Shown: positions 21,023-31,819, counted from the stretch's first letter. The stretch: 58,824 nucleotides of DNA from Bacilli bacterium (GCA_017511945.1 JAFWHR010000003.1:1-58824), one strand, 5' to 3'. Numbers and translations are program-made. Notes: generated by a model not told the origin, from the sequence alone.

Positions 21023-22097
21023 GTTATCTTATTATATATCTAATTACTGTGATGAAGATGATATTAATTATTTGAAAAAAATTCTTGGGAAAATAGATGC
21101 CTTGGATTTTAATTTTAATGATGATGCTGCGAGAAATATACTTAATGATATGGGAAGAGATGAGAGGTTTTTAACTATATTTCACAAACTCTATAATACT
21201 ATTGTTAATGATTTAATTTTTATAAGTAATGATATTTTAGGTGGAATAATAGTTTTTAATCAGGGTTATTATTCTCTCTTGGATAGATATGATAGAATAG
21301 ATTTAAAGAGAAAGAACAGTGAAGTGTTTTCTGATGAGCAAATGAAGAAAAGTCTACATGAAAGATTGGATAAATTAACTGAAAAAGTAGATGATCATCC
21401 ATTTAAAGAGGAATTTATTAAAGTTTTTAATGACAGAGGTAATTTTTCTTTAAGGGAAGAATTTAATCTTGAGAAAGGTAAGTTTTATTCTACTGATTTA
21501 AATGCGGCAAGTTTAATAACTCCTTCTCAGACTATATCTAGATTTAACGATGCCGAAGTTAATGGTATTGTAGGTTCTGGAAGTCATGATAAGAATTTTA
21601 GAGAGATAACTAGGGCAGTTTATGGAAAGAATTTTGGAATTTTAGGCACAAGCAGGCAAGATATAAAGATAAGGTATGTTAATAATGTTAGAGATGTAGA
21701 GGAACCTTTGTTAATTACTGTAGAGATACCTATTTATATCAATTCTTCTCAAAAGAAATCTTTAGAGTTGTTAAACGAAGAGATAAAAAGATTTGAAAAG
21801 GAAAGTGGAAGGGAAGTTAATGTAAATACTTTAATTGTCGATTATGATGAAGGGTTTCATGGTGCGATTACAATAGAAGATGAAGTAAATTTGGATGCGG
21901 CTATTAATAGTGTTAATGTGGATGATTCTCACGTGTTTTCAGAAAAAGAAGTGTATCTTGCTGGTTTTCCAAATGATGAGAGTCATTATGAGAGTAACTA
22001 TGTATTAGATTCTAAAAAAGTATATGATAAAACTAGAGATGTTTACTTGCAAAGTAATCCTAATTTGACAATTGTCTCTAATTCAAAATCTAAATAA
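21015..22097 (+). CDS. Hypothetical protein
   Basis: ~360-aa ORF overlapping the upstream gene. Confidence 0.75.
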   Translation: MNKLSYYISNYCDEDDINYLKKILGKIDALDFNFNDDAARNILNDMGRDERFLTIFHKLYNTIVNDLIFISNDILGGIIVFNQGYYSLLDRYDRIDLKRKNSEVFSDEQMKKSLHERLDKLTEKVDDHPFKEEFIKVFNDRGNFSLREEFNLEKGKFYSTDLNAASLITPSQTISRFNDAEVNGIVGSGSHDKNFREITRAVYGKNFGILGTSRQDIKIRYVNNVRDVEEPLLITVEIPIYINSSQKKSLELLNEEIKRFEKESGREVNVNTLIVDYDEGFHGAITIEDEVNLDAAINSVNVDDSHVFSEKEVYLAGFPNDESHYESNYVLDSKKVYDKTRDVYLQSNPNLTIVSNSKSK

Positions 22098-22153
22098 TTG
22101 ACTTTAAAAATATTAGTGTGATAGAATAGTTTTTGAAAAAATGGAGGAGTTTT

Positions 22154-23245
22154 ATGAAAAATATAATACTTACTGGTGATAGGCCTACTGGGAGATTACA
22201 CTTAGGTCATTTAGTTGGCTCTCTATCTCAGAGGGTTGAGATGCAAAATTCGGGAAAGTATGATGAAATATTTATTGAAATAGCTGATGCACAGGCTACT
22301 ACTGATAATTTTGGAAATATTCAAAAGGTTAAATATAATGTAATAGAGGTTGCTTTGGATTATTTATCTTGTGGTATTGATCCAAGTAAGAGTACTATAT
22401 TTTTACAGTCAGAAGTACCTGAACTTAGTGATTTAACTTTTTATTATATGAATTTGGTTACTCTAGCTAGATTAGAGAGAAATCCAACGGTTAAGCAGGA
22501 AATAACATATAGGGGTTTTGATAAGAGTATTCCTGTCGGTTTTATGACTTATCCTATAAGTCAAGCGGCAGATATAACAGCCTTTAATGCGAATATTGTA
22601 CCGGTTGGTGATGATCAACTTCCTATGATTGAACAAACTAGAGAGATTGTAAGAACTTTTAACAGATTATATGGTGATACTTTAGTAGAACCTAAGGCGG
22701 TTCTTCCATCTAAAAAAGCTTGTTTTAGATTAATTGGAACTGATGGTGGAGCTAAAATGAGCAAATCTATTGGAAATTGTATATATCTAGCTGATAGTCC
22801 TGAGGAAGTTGAAAAGAAAGTGATGGGAATGTATACTGATCCTAATCATTTAAAGGTTTCTGATCCTGGTAATACTGAAGGTAATCCTGTCTTTATATAT
22901 TTAGATGCATTTAGTAAAGATGAACATTTTAAAAAGTATTTTAAAGATGGTGAATATAAAAATTTAGAAGAGTTAAAATCTCATTATGAAAAAGGTGGTC
23001 TTGGGGATATTAAGGTTAAGAGATTTTTAAACTACGTTCTTCAAGATATTTTAGAACCCATAAGACTTAAAAGAAGTCAATATGAAAAAGATATTAAAGG
23101 AGTTTATGATATTTTGTTTAGTGGAAGTGATAAAGCTAGGGCTATAGCTTCTGAGACTTTATTTAAGGTAAAAAAAGCAATTGGTTTAGATTATAGAAAT
23201 GATGAAGACTTGATTATTAAACAAAGTAAAAAGTATGATAATTAA
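22154..23245 (+). CDS. trpS: Tryptophan--tRNA ligase
   Basis: TGDRPTGRLHLGH, YPISQAADI, VPVGDDQ, KMSKS. Confidence 0.97.
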   Translation: MKNIILTGDRPTGRLHLGHLVGSLSQRVEMQNSGKYDEIFIEIADAQATTDNFGNIQKVKYNVIEVALDYLSCGIDPSKSTIFLQSEVPELSDLTFYYMNLVTLARLERNPTVKQEITYRGFDKSIPVGFMTYPISQAADITAFNANIVPVGDDQLPMIEQTREIVRTFNRLYGDTLVEPKAVLPSKKACFRLIGTDGGAKMSKSIGNCIYLADSPEEVEKKVMGMYTDPNHLKVSDPGNTEGNPVFIYLDAFSKDEHFKKYFKDGEYKNLEELKSHYEKGGLGDIKVKRFLNYVLQDILEPIRLKRSQYEKDIKGVYDILFSGSDKARAIASETLFKVKKAIGLDYRNDEDLIIKQSKKYDN

Positions 23246-23288
23246 CTAGAGTTGTATAAAAAGGTGTTTTAATTTTATATTTGCTTTT

Positions 23289-23690
23289 ATGATTATCTGT
23301 TTTAATAAGAAAATAAAATTTTCTTTTGAATATGATAAGATGTATTTTGAAGTGTTATATGGAAAAAGAAATTACTATATAGATGGTATAGTTCCATCTT
23401 TAATTGTATTTTTTGAAGGAAATGACGGTAATTATCTCATCTTAACTTATAAAGATAGTAAGGTGCTTACTAGTGAAGAGGGTATCGTTTTATGGTTCAG
23501 ATAAAGGATGAATTGTCTGTGGTTGGTAGTGTTGGAAGTTTGTTTACTATTTACTCTGATATTATATACTGATAGTGGTCCTGTTTTAAAAAAACCGTAC
23601 GGTTTATGATGGAAAGTATCTGATTGATTATGGTGAAGTTTCTTTAGAAAAATTTGACAAATTTGTAACAGATTTTGATAAAGAAATTTA
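23289..23690 (+). pseudogene. Probable decayed gene fragment
   Basis: Short 71-aa ORF followed by coding-like sequence broken by stops. Confidence 0.3.
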
Positions 23691-23778
23691 AAGTTTTCTA
23701 AATATAATTTGAACAGTTAATGTATAATTGTTAAAAAATAAAAATGTGTTAGTATATGAATGATTGGGGTTGATAAAT

Positions 23779-24759
23779 ATGAATAAGGAAAAAATGGGAA
23801 AGTATTACCTTTTATATGAAATGATGATTAATTCATTAAATGATGATGATGTATTTGATGGTTTAAATAAGTCTTTATTGATGCTTAAATCTTATTTAAA
23901 TACTGCTAGTATTAATCTTTATAAAAAAGACAAACGTGGTATCTATGTTCAGAAAAATGGTGATACATCAGTGGATCATTTGAGCCGCACTATTTCAGGT
24001 ATCGTAAATAAAACGTATAATTTAACAGAACATAAAAAAATATTTAAACTTGATTTAAATCAAATAAAATCACTTAATAATATGTATTTGATGTCACTTG
24101 AGACAGATGAAAGTAAGTACATTTTGTCGATAAACAATTCTAAAAATCCTATTGATAGTAATTTTTTGCACATGATTCAAGATACATTATTAGTAATATT
24201 AAAAAGAGCTGAAATTCACGAGAGAAATATGAAAGCGATTAATATGGATTTACTTACTGAACTAGAAAATAGAAATTCATATGAAAAGAGAATTCAGAAC
24301 ATTAATGATTCAGAGGGCGAACTTGTATTTGCTATATTTGATCTTTTTAGATTAAAATATGTAAATGATAACTATAGTCATTCTTTAGGTGATGAATATA
24401 TTAAGAAAGCTGCAAAAATATTAAAAAAGTATTGGCCTAGTAGTGTGAAAAATATTGTGGATGGAGTAGAAAAAGATATTAAAACTGGGCATACTGTTTA
24501 CAGGACAGGTGGAGACGAGTTTATTCTTCTTACAAATAGTGAACAAATAGAAATGACAAAGGTTAAAGCAATGCTTGCTGCTGAAGAGGTTAGTATGTTC
24601 GACCTTGGAATAGATGGGTTACCACTTGGACTTAACTATGGTGTTGTAAAACATGATTGGTCTAGTTCTATTAAAGAGACGTATGAGCAGGCTGATAAGG
24701 CTATGTCAGAAAACAAGGAAAGAATGTATGAAACATTTGAATTAGAGAGAAGAAGATGA
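23779..24759 (+). CDS. Diguanylate cyclase with GAF-like N-terminus
   Basis: DLLTELENR, KYVNDNYSHSLGD, intact GGDEF. Confidence 0.9.
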   Translation: MNKEKMGKYYLLYEMMINSLNDDDVFDGLNKSLLMLKSYLNTASINLYKKDKRGIYVQKNGDTSVDHLSRTISGIVNKTYNLTEHKKIFKLDLNQIKSLNNMYLMSLETDESKYILSINNSKNPIDSNFLHMIQDTLLVILKRAEIHERNMKAINMDLLTELENRNSYEKRIQNINDSEGELVFAIFDLFRLKYVNDNYSHSLGDEYIKKAAKILKKYWPSSVKNIVDGVEKDIKTGHTVYRTGGDEFILLTNSEQIEMTKVKAMLAAEEVSMFDLGIDGLPLGLNYGVVKHDWSSSIKETYEQADKAMSENKERMYETFELERRR

Positions 24760-25560
24760 TAAGAGTATTTTATTTACCGATATCAAATTATTTTTAAATT
24801 ACTAATTAGTTTAGAAATAGATATATTTTAATAGTTATAAATTATATCCAATATAAGACATGATTGATGGAACCGATGATAATGGGTTCTTTTTCAATAT
24901 TATAAGAATATATTAAAATAATATAGAAGTGTTAAAAAATTATGTACGTTTGTAAATATTTTATTTTACATAAAACTAACAAATAGAAATTAAAAGTGCA
25001 ATTTTTATTTGGCTTTTACAACAATTTGGTAAAATATTGTTAGTGGAAATCTGTAAATATTTATTCATTATTTATCAAAAGAAAAAGATAAAGGTTATTA
25101 ATTTAAGTATAAAATAATTAAGGAGATAGATATGAAAAATAATTATATATAAATTAATGAAAATGATTCTGATTATAATAGAAGATTAAAAGATAAGTTT
25201 TTTTGAATTAAATACTTATCCCTCATCAAATCTTTTAATATATTTATTAATTTCATCATTATTTTTTTATATTTATAATAAATAAGACTATTGACTTGTG
25301 GTCTGAATTTACCTACAATTAAAACAGTAGGTGAAAAAAATATTCTAATATTTATCTAATCTGAAGGAGGGACAGCTTTAACCTCTATAATCAAATAGAT
25401 CCATTAATGTATCTTAATCAACCTGAGTAAGAAATTAAATATAGCGAATATCACAAAGTTTTTCGAATAGGGTTTTTGTTTTTTTAAAATAAGCTAATTA
25501 CCTTAAGAAAAAAATACAGTTGAAATTAAAGATACTTGTATATTGAAAGGCGGTAAGATT

Positions 25561-27933
25561 ATGAAAAATTATTTATCGGGAGAAAGTTTTGTAGATAATA
25601 TTTATCAAAATTTAATTAATAATATAGAAGTTAAAAATGCAATATTTAGGGAAAAAACTAAAATAAGTAGTAGAGAAGATGCGATTAAAGCATATATGAA
25701 TAGGTTAGAAAAAGCACACTCTACTGAAAGGAGACTTAATTTACTTAAAACCCTTTATTATAAAAGATATGTGATAAATCATTTGCCAGAAAGTTATATA
25801 CAACTTCAGCGTAAGATAGCCCGTGAGCAAGGACACGGTGATATTATATTTACCGAGAAAGTTAAAAAAGAGAAACTAAAATATATTCAAGATGAACAAA
25901 AAAAATCACTAAATTTATGGCTTACTTATTTAAATAGTGAAGATGCAATGTTTCCGATGTGGTTTAAATATTACGTATTTCAAGGAATGCTAAAATTAGG
26001 CAAATATGACAAAGAAAAAGGAAAATTTACTAAAAGAAGTAAAGATACAATATTACCTTTTATTGAGGTAAATCCTGAAATACTAGGACAAATGTATACA
26101 CTACTATCTAAAATGATAGAGGATAAAGAACTTAACAAAGAAGAACTAAATACATTAAATAATGGGAAATCATTTAATAGGCTTTATACATATATATTAA
26201 AAAATATGATAAATGATAGAAAAAGAATAGATTCACAAGATGGGATTTGGGTAAAGTACGTTCAAGGTGATGATTATAAAAAATTGTGGAAGTCTTTACA
26301 AGGTAAAAATACAGGGTGGTGTACAGCTGGAGCGGCTACTTGTAAAGAACAGATAAGACTAGGGGACTTTTATGTTTTTTATACAAAAGATGAAAATGAA
26401 GAATATAGGATTCCAAGAGTAGCTATTAGAATGAAAGGACATGATGAGATAGGTGAGGTAAGAGGAATCTGGAAAGAGCAAAATATAGAACTTGAAATGG
26501 TAAAGGTTGTAGATAAAAAACTAGATGAATTTCAAGATAAAGAAAAATATATAAAAAAAGTACATGATATGAAATTAATGACTATCATTGAAAGAAAAAC
26601 AAATAGTAATGAAGATTTAACAAAAGAAGAAATAAGGCATTTATATGAAATAGGCACTACAATAGAGGGCTTTGGAATGGAAAAGGATCCTAGAATAGAA
26701 GAGATTAAAGCAAAAAGAAATGTAAAAAAAGATTTATCTTATTTATTTGATTGTAAAGAAGAAAATATTGGAACAGAATTATCAGATTTTGGTAAAAATG
26801 AAATATTTGCATATATAGGTAATATATCATTACAAGGAACGACGGTTCCTGACATTTTTAAATCTCTTAATGTAATATTAGGTGATGCAGATTTTAGATA
26901 TTTAATCAGCAGCCAAGGTTTAGAAAACCTGCAAAGTATAGGCGGAACTGCGAATTTTGATAATTTAACTAGTAGCCAAGGTTTGAAAAATTTAAAAACT
27001 ATAGGTGGTGATGCAGATTTTAGTAGTCTAACTAGTAGCCAAGGTTTAGATAACCTGCAAAGTATAGGTGGAACTGCAAATTTTGATAATTTAACTAGTA
27101 GTCAAAGTTTGAAAAAATTAAAAACTGTAGGTGGAGATGCAAGTTTTTACAAATTAACCAGTAGTCAAGGATTAGAAAGCTTGCAGAGTATAGGATGGAG
27201 CGCATATTTTAATAATTTAACAAATAGCCAAAGTTTAAAAAATTTGCAAAGCATAGGCTTAAATGCCATTTTTAATAAATTAACCAGTAGCCAAGGATTA
27301 GAGAATTTGCAAAGTATAGATGGATATGCAGATTTTAGTAGTTTAACCAGTAGCCGAGGTTTAGTAAGCTTAGAAAATATAGGAAGAGATGCATATTTTA
27401 ATAATTTAACTAGTAGCCAAGGTTTAGAAAACCTGCAAAGAATAGGTGGATATGCAGATTTTAGAAATTTAACCAATAGTCAAGGTTTAGAAAACCTGCA
27501 AACTATAGGTTGGGTTGCGAATTTTAGAAATTTAACCAGTAGCCAAGGTTTAGAAAAACTGCAAAGTATAGGAAAAGATGCGAATTTTAGAAGTTTAACC
27601 AGTAGTCAAGGTTTAGTAAGTTTACAAAGTATAGGTGGAACTGCGGATTTTAGTTGTTTAAAAAGTAGCCAAGGTTTAGAAAACCTGCAAAGAATAGGTA
27701 GAGATGCAGATTTTAGAAATTTAACTAGTAGCCAAGGTTTAGAAAGTTTACAAAGTATAGGTAGAAATGCTCAATTTAAAAGTTTAACTAATAGCCAAGG
27801 TTTAAAAAGATTAAAAACTATAGGTGGATATGTATATTTTAATAGTTTAATTGATGCAAGAAGTATTAAACATATTAAAGCAGGCCATGAAATTATTTTA
27901 CCTAAAAATAGGTTACCGTTTAGGAAAAAATAA
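25561..27933 (+). CDS. Large protein: N-terminal domain with GWCTAG motif plus C-terminal 21-aa LRR array
   Basis: SLQGKNTGWCTAG..GDFYVFY..PRVAIRM..EVRG; LxxLxxIGxxAxFxxLTSSQG repeats. Confidence 0.85.
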   Translation: MKNYLSGESFVDNIYQNLINNIEVKNAIFREKTKISSREDAIKAYMNRLEKAHSTERRLNLLKTLYYKRYVINHLPESYIQLQRKIAREQGHGDIIFTEKVKKEKLKYIQDEQKKSLNLWLTYLNSEDAMFPMWFKYYVFQGMLKLGKYDKEKGKFTKRSKDTILPFIEVNPEILGQMYTLLSKMIEDKELNKEELNTLNNGKSFNRLYTYILKNMINDRKRIDSQDGIWVKYVQGDDYKKLWKSLQGKNTGWCTAGAATCKEQIRLGDFYVFYTKDENEEYRIPRVAIRMKGHDEIGEVRGIWKEQNIELEMVKVVDKKLDEFQDKEKYIKKVHDMKLMTIIERKTNSNEDLTKEEIRHLYEIGTTIEGFGMEKDPRIEEIKAKRNVKKDLSYLFDCKEENIGTELSDFGKNEIFAYIGNISLQGTTVPDIFKSLNVILGDADFRYLISSQGLENLQSIGGTANFDNLTSSQGLKNLKTIGGDADFSSLTSSQGLDNLQSIGGTANFDNLTSSQSLKKLKTVGGDASFYKLTSSQGLESLQSIGWSAYFNNLTNSQSLKNLQSIGLNAIFNKLTSSQGLENLQSIDGYADFSSLTSSRGLVSLENIGRDAYFNNLTSSQGLENLQRIGGYADFRNLTNSQGLENLQTIGWVANFRNLTSSQGLEKLQSIGKDANFRSLTSSQGLVSLQSIGGTADFSCLKSSQGLENLQRIGRDADFRNLTSSQGLESLQSIGRNAQFKSLTNSQGLKRLKTIGGYVYFNSLIDARSIKHIKAGHEIILPKNRLPFRKK
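26860..27860 (+). repeat. 63-bp tandem repeat encoding 21-aa LRR units (14 full plus 2 degenerate)
   Basis: AGCCAAGGTTT recurs with 63-bp period (e.g. 26911, 26974). Confidence 0.92.
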
Positions 27934-28005
27934 TGGTGGTGTATTGAATCATTTTTATAATCTCTATATTTGATACCTTTTTATGTTCTTAAATTAATTA
28001 AATCA

Positions 28006-28077
28006 CATATATTAGTTTAGGGGATAATATATTTGAATGATTTTAAGGTGGTTATTGATACTGGACATGGAGGATAA
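28006..28077 (+). pseudogene. Truncated duplicate of the amidase 5' end (IYLNDFKVVIDTGHGG*)
   Basis: 64/70 nt identical to 29462-29531; ends in TAA right after the GHGG codons. Confidence 0.85.
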
Positions 28078-28149
28078 AACTGACAAAGTAAAGTGTATGG
28101 AACTGACGAAAAATCAGTTCTTTTTTAGTACTTAAAGAAGGAGGTGAAA

Positions 28150-28215
28150 ATGATGCCGAATTGTAAAGTTATATCCGTAGCTAACCAAAAAATTGATTGG
28201 TGTAGATTCAAATAA
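28150..28215 (+). pseudogene. ParA/Soj N-terminal fragment
   Basis: AAGGAGGTG RBS, then MMPNCKVISVANQK, truncated just before the expected GGVGKT Walker A. Confidence 0.7.
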
Positions 28216-28407
28216 TATTGTTATTTTCGATTCTGCAACATCACATACGGATATGTGGAGCGCTTATGAGCCAAGTAGAACAAGTGGGTTTATTTATTTT
28301 AGAGTTAATTAAATAATTACATTATTTGCTCTTTATTTATACTGATTTTAGAAAATTGTGTTATAATTTAATTGATTTGCAAACTCTATCATATTTAGGA
28401 GGTGGAC

Positions 28408-28797
28408 ATGGAGAAAAATAATATAAAAGATATTTTTGAAAGTTTGTTAGATGACTTGAAAAAATCATTGACATATTTAACTGATGAAAAGGATAATATT
28501 GTAAGTCAGTTAAGGAAATGGAACTCTGAAATATCCTATGATGAATTATGTGAATCAATTAAATTAATTGAAAAACATATTCAGAAATGGTACAAGAATT
28601 ATTTAGTAAATAAGAGTACCAATATCATTGAATTAAGTGATTATCAAATAGTAAGTAAAGAAAGTGCTTATTTGATTGGTGAATGTTCACTGATAGATGG
28701 AATTAAAATTGAGGCGATTGATTGGCAAATTGGAATTATTGGTGATGGGATTGTAAAATCGATAAGAGAAAGGAATGGTAATAATGGGAGTGCCTAA
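28408..28797 (+). CDS. Hypothetical protein
   Basis: AGGAGG RBS; TGnTATAAT upstream. Confidence 0.7.
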   Translation: MEKNNIKDIFESLLDDLKKSLTYLTDEKDNIVSQLRKWNSEISYDELCESIKLIEKHIQKWYKNYLVNKSTNIIELSDYQIVSKESAYLIGECSLIDGIKIEAIDWQIGIIGDGIVKSIRERNGNNGSA

Positions 28798-29332
28798 GGA
28801 AACTAAAGGGGGAGTTTACATCAATGTAAATGAAGATAAAAAAGGGACTGATCATGTAAATATCTATTCTGATGATCCACGTGGTGATCATACATCTATA
28901 CATATTAATATCAATACTAAGGCAGGTAAAGGAAGTATTACTGATACTACAAACGGTGGTAAAGAAACAACTGATACACAATGTTATTTAACAACAGCAT
29001 GTATGAGACATTTTAATGAAGATTTTGATGATGCTGGTTATGAACTAACTGTTTTAAGATGGTTTAGAGATAAATTTGTATCTAAAGAAGATATTGAGCA
29101 TTATTACGAAATAGCTCCTACAATTGTTGAAGCTATAAATGAGTGTTTAGAAAGTGACGAAATATATAATTATATATACGAACATGTTATTGATGAATGT
29201 GTTAAAGCTATAGAAGCAGGTAACTATGATTTTGCATATAGTAGATATAAAAATAGCATTTTAGCATTTGAAGAAACTTATGCAAAACCAATGCTTGGAC
29301 AGAGATTAATTAAAGTTTTAAAAGCAAGATAG
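28784..29332 (+). CDS. CFI-box-CTERM domain protein
   Basis: CYLTTAC...ELTVLRWFRD...YYEIAPTIV matches the CFI-box pattern. Confidence 0.75.
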   Translation: MGVPKETKGGVYINVNEDKKGTDHVNIYSDDPRGDHTSIHININTKAGKGSITDTTNGGKETTDTQCYLTTACMRHFNEDFDDAGYELTVLRWFRDKFVSKEDIEHYYEIAPTIVEAINECLESDEIYNYIYEHVIDECVKAIEAGNYDFAYSRYKNSILAFEETYAKPMLGQRLIKVLKAR

Positions 29333-29479
29333 AATGTTTGCTCATTAAGAAGAAACATAGTGAAAGCATATTATCTTTCCACACTAGATATTATAGAACC
29401 CTATCAATGTATGGATTCTGCTTTTTATTTTTTTAATACAATATCATTTTTAGTTATAATTCATATATTAGTCTAGGGG

Positions 29480-30682
29480 ATGATATATTTGAATGACTTT
29501 AAAGTGGTTATTGATGCTGGACATGGTGGATCTGATAGTGGAGCGGTTAGTTCATCAGGGGTTAGGGAAAAAGATTTAACTTTACAAATTGCGCAGTATA
29601 TGTATAATCAGTTTAGATCTAAAGGGATAGATGCAACTTTAATTAGAAGTACTGATGAGACAATATCACCTTCGGATAGAGTTAGAAGAATACTAGATGC
29701 TTATGGTGATAATTCTAACGTTATAGTTATATCTAATCACATAAATGCGGCAGGTGGGGCTGGTGCTGAAGGAGCAGAAGTTATATATGCTTTAAGAAAT
29801 GATGATAAACTCGCTAAAAATATTCTTCAATCTTTAGGTAATGCTGGACAAAAGATGAGAAAGTTTTATCAGAGAAGACTACCAAGTGATACTTCAAAGG
29901 ATTACTATTTTATTCATAGAGAAACTGGGAGAAATACACAGCCAGTAATTGTAGAATATGGTTTTATAGATAATCCTACTGATTTATCTAAAATACAAAA
30001 TAACTATAGAAAATACGTTGATGCTGTTGTAGATGCCGTCATTGCAACAGAAAAGGGGCAAAGTGTGCCAATGGCACCACTTGGAGATAATTACTATATA
30101 GTGAAATCAGGGGATAGTTTATGGAGTATTGCAAACAAATATAACACGACAGTAAATGAGTTAAAATCTTTAAATGGTTTGACATCAAATAATTTAAGTA
30201 TAGGTCAGGTTTTAAAAGTTTCAATGAATAATGAAAGTGGTAATACTTATGTTGTAAAATCGGGGGATAGTTTATGGAGTATTGCAAATAAGTATAATAC
30301 GACGGTAAGTGAGTTAAAATCTTTAAATGGTTTAACATCAAATAATTTAAATATAGGACAGGTTTTAAAAATTCCTATGAATAATGAAACGGGTAATACC
30401 TATGTTGTAAAATCTGGGGATAGTTTATGGAGTATCGCAAATAGATATAATACTACAGTAAGTGAGTTAAAATCATTAAATGGTTTAACTTCTAACAATT
30501 TAAGTATAGGACAAACGTTAAAAATTCCTGAAAATAATTCAGGAAGAACATATACAGTTAAATCAGGAGATAGTTTATGGAGTATTGCAAATAGATATAA
30601 TACGACAGTAAGTGAGTTAAAATTATTAAATGGTTTGACATCAAATAGTCTAAGTATAGGTCAAGTTTTAAGGATTAGCTAA
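29480..30682 (+). CDS. N-acetylmuramoyl-L-alanine amidase (Amidase_3) with 4 LysM domains
   Basis: IDAGHGG, EKD, SNHINA, VEYGF; four YxVKSGDSLWSIA LysM repeats. Confidence 0.95.
   Translation: MIYLNDFKVVIDAGHGGSDSGAVSSSGVREKDLTLQIAQYMYNQFRSKGIDATLIRSTDETISPSDRVRRILDAYGDNSNVIVISNHINAAGGAGAEGAEVIYALRNDDKLAKNILQSLGNAGQKMRKFYQRRLPSDTSKDYYFIHRETGRNTQPVIVEYGFIDNPTDLSKIQNNYRKYVDAVVDAVIATEKGQSVPMAPLGDNYYIVKSGDSLWSIANKYNTTVNELKSLNGLTSNNLSIGQVLKVSMNNESGNTYVVKSGDSLWSIANKYNTTVSELKSLNGLTSNNLNIGQVLKIPMNNETGNTYVVKSGDSLWSIANRYNTTVSELKSLNGLTSNNLSIGQTLKIPENNSGRTYTVKSGDSLWSIANRYNTTVSELKLLNGLTSNSLSIGQVLRIS
30090..30680 (+). repeat. Four near-identical LysM-coding repeats (~150 bp period)
   Basis: GATAGTTTATGGAGTAT repeated four times. 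Confidence 0.9.
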
Positions 30683-31709
30683 TGTTTTTAACAAGGTCAA
30701 ATTTGTAGCCTTGTTTTTTCATTTCTGTTATAAATGACTCTAATGCTTCATAGTTTCCTCTATTATTTGGATGAATTAAATATATGGCTCCATTGTGATA
30801 TCTTTTTAACATTTCATTTAAAGCTTCTTCTTTCGATAATACTTTAGAAAAATCATCGTAATTTGCACTATAGAAAAATGTTTTATATCCTAAGTCTTTA
30901 ATGATTTGTAAGTCTCTAAAACTCCATTCGCCTCTAGGATCTCTATATACTTTATCCATATCTTTTTTAGTGATGTTATAGTATGCTTTTTCAGTTTCTT
31001 TTATCTCTGATAGGAATTTTTCAAAGTTTTCTTTAGTGGCTAGTGATGGCATATTTTCATGATGAAATGTGTGATTTCCTATGGAATGATTTAAAGACAT
31101 CTTTTTAATTAAATCAGGGTTTTTTTCAATGTAATTTTTACATAAGAAGAAAGTTCCTTTAACATCATTTTTATCTAAAACTTCTACAACTTTATCTAAA
31201 TATGTCTCATAGCTTCCTTCGTCAAATGTCAGATATATTGTTTTATCATCTTTACCTAAAAAGTAGGCATCATATTTTTTTAATTCATTTATATCTGCTC
31301 CTCCAGGTGGTCTTTGATGATCGAATTTATTTCCGCTCCACCAGCCTCTTGAAGTATTGTCAATTTTATCATAGCTGTCTTTGTAGGTTAAATTTTGTCT
31401 GCTAACTTTTACAAATCTATAGGCATTTGCCTTTTCTCTCTTTGAATTTGAGACACTGTACACTAGTTCATATATTCCTTCTTTATTGTAATTAACTGTT
31501 CCTTCTATTTTAACTTTATTTGTAATGTCTCCATCTTTTTTATCAGAGGCACTATAGCCAGGTTCTTCATATTTTTCACCTTCTATTAAATTTGTAATTA
31601 CTTTTCCTTTTAAAGTTATTTTGGGAATTGTATCAGTTTCTCGTTTGTTAGTAGATAATATAAGTGTCACTATAAAAATTAAAGGTATTATACATTTTAC
31701 TATTTTCAA
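30675..31709 (-). CDS. PdaA-like polysaccharide deacetylase with N-terminal Ig-like domain
   Basis: YLTFDEG, GNHTFHH, PRGEWS, GAIYLIH; EPGYSASDKKDGDIT Ig-like unit. Confidence 0.85.
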   Translation of the reverse strand: MKIVKCIIPLIFIVTLILSTNKRETDTIPKITLKGKVITNLIEGEKYEEPGYSASDKKDGDITNKVKIEGTVNYNKEGIYELVYSVSNSKREKANAYRFVKVSRQNLTYKDSYDKIDNTSRGWWSGNKFDHQRPPGGADINELKKYDAYFLGKDDKTIYLTFDEGSYETYLDKVVEVLDKNDVKGTFFLCKNYIEKNPDLIKKMSLNHSIGNHTFHHENMPSLATKENFEKFLSEIKETEKAYYNITKKDMDKVYRDPRGEWSFRDLQIIKDLGYKTFFYSANYDDFSKVLSKEEALNEMLKRYHNGAIYLIHPNNRGNYEALESFITEMKKQGYKFDLVKNIS

Positions 31710-31819
31710 GTTATTCCTCCTTTGTAAAAATTATATTTTTTTATAAAATATTTATTCTTTATGTAATCCTTGAACATTTTATAAAACTAATATATAATTA
31801 TAGTAGATGGAGGGGCAAT

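Noticed and set aside
24760-25540. Long AT-rich intergenic region as an origin or ncRNA
   Set aside because: No DnaA boxes or iterons seen; an RBS-ATG at 25132 hits a stop after 6 codons, consistent with decayed DNA
26860-27860. 63-bp periodic repeat as a CRISPR array or DGR
   Set aside because: In-frame protein-coding repeat with no unique spacers; no cas genes, reverse transcriptase or TR/VR pair in the window
30090-30680. ~150-bp repeats as a novel element
   Set aside because: Fully explained by four LysM domains
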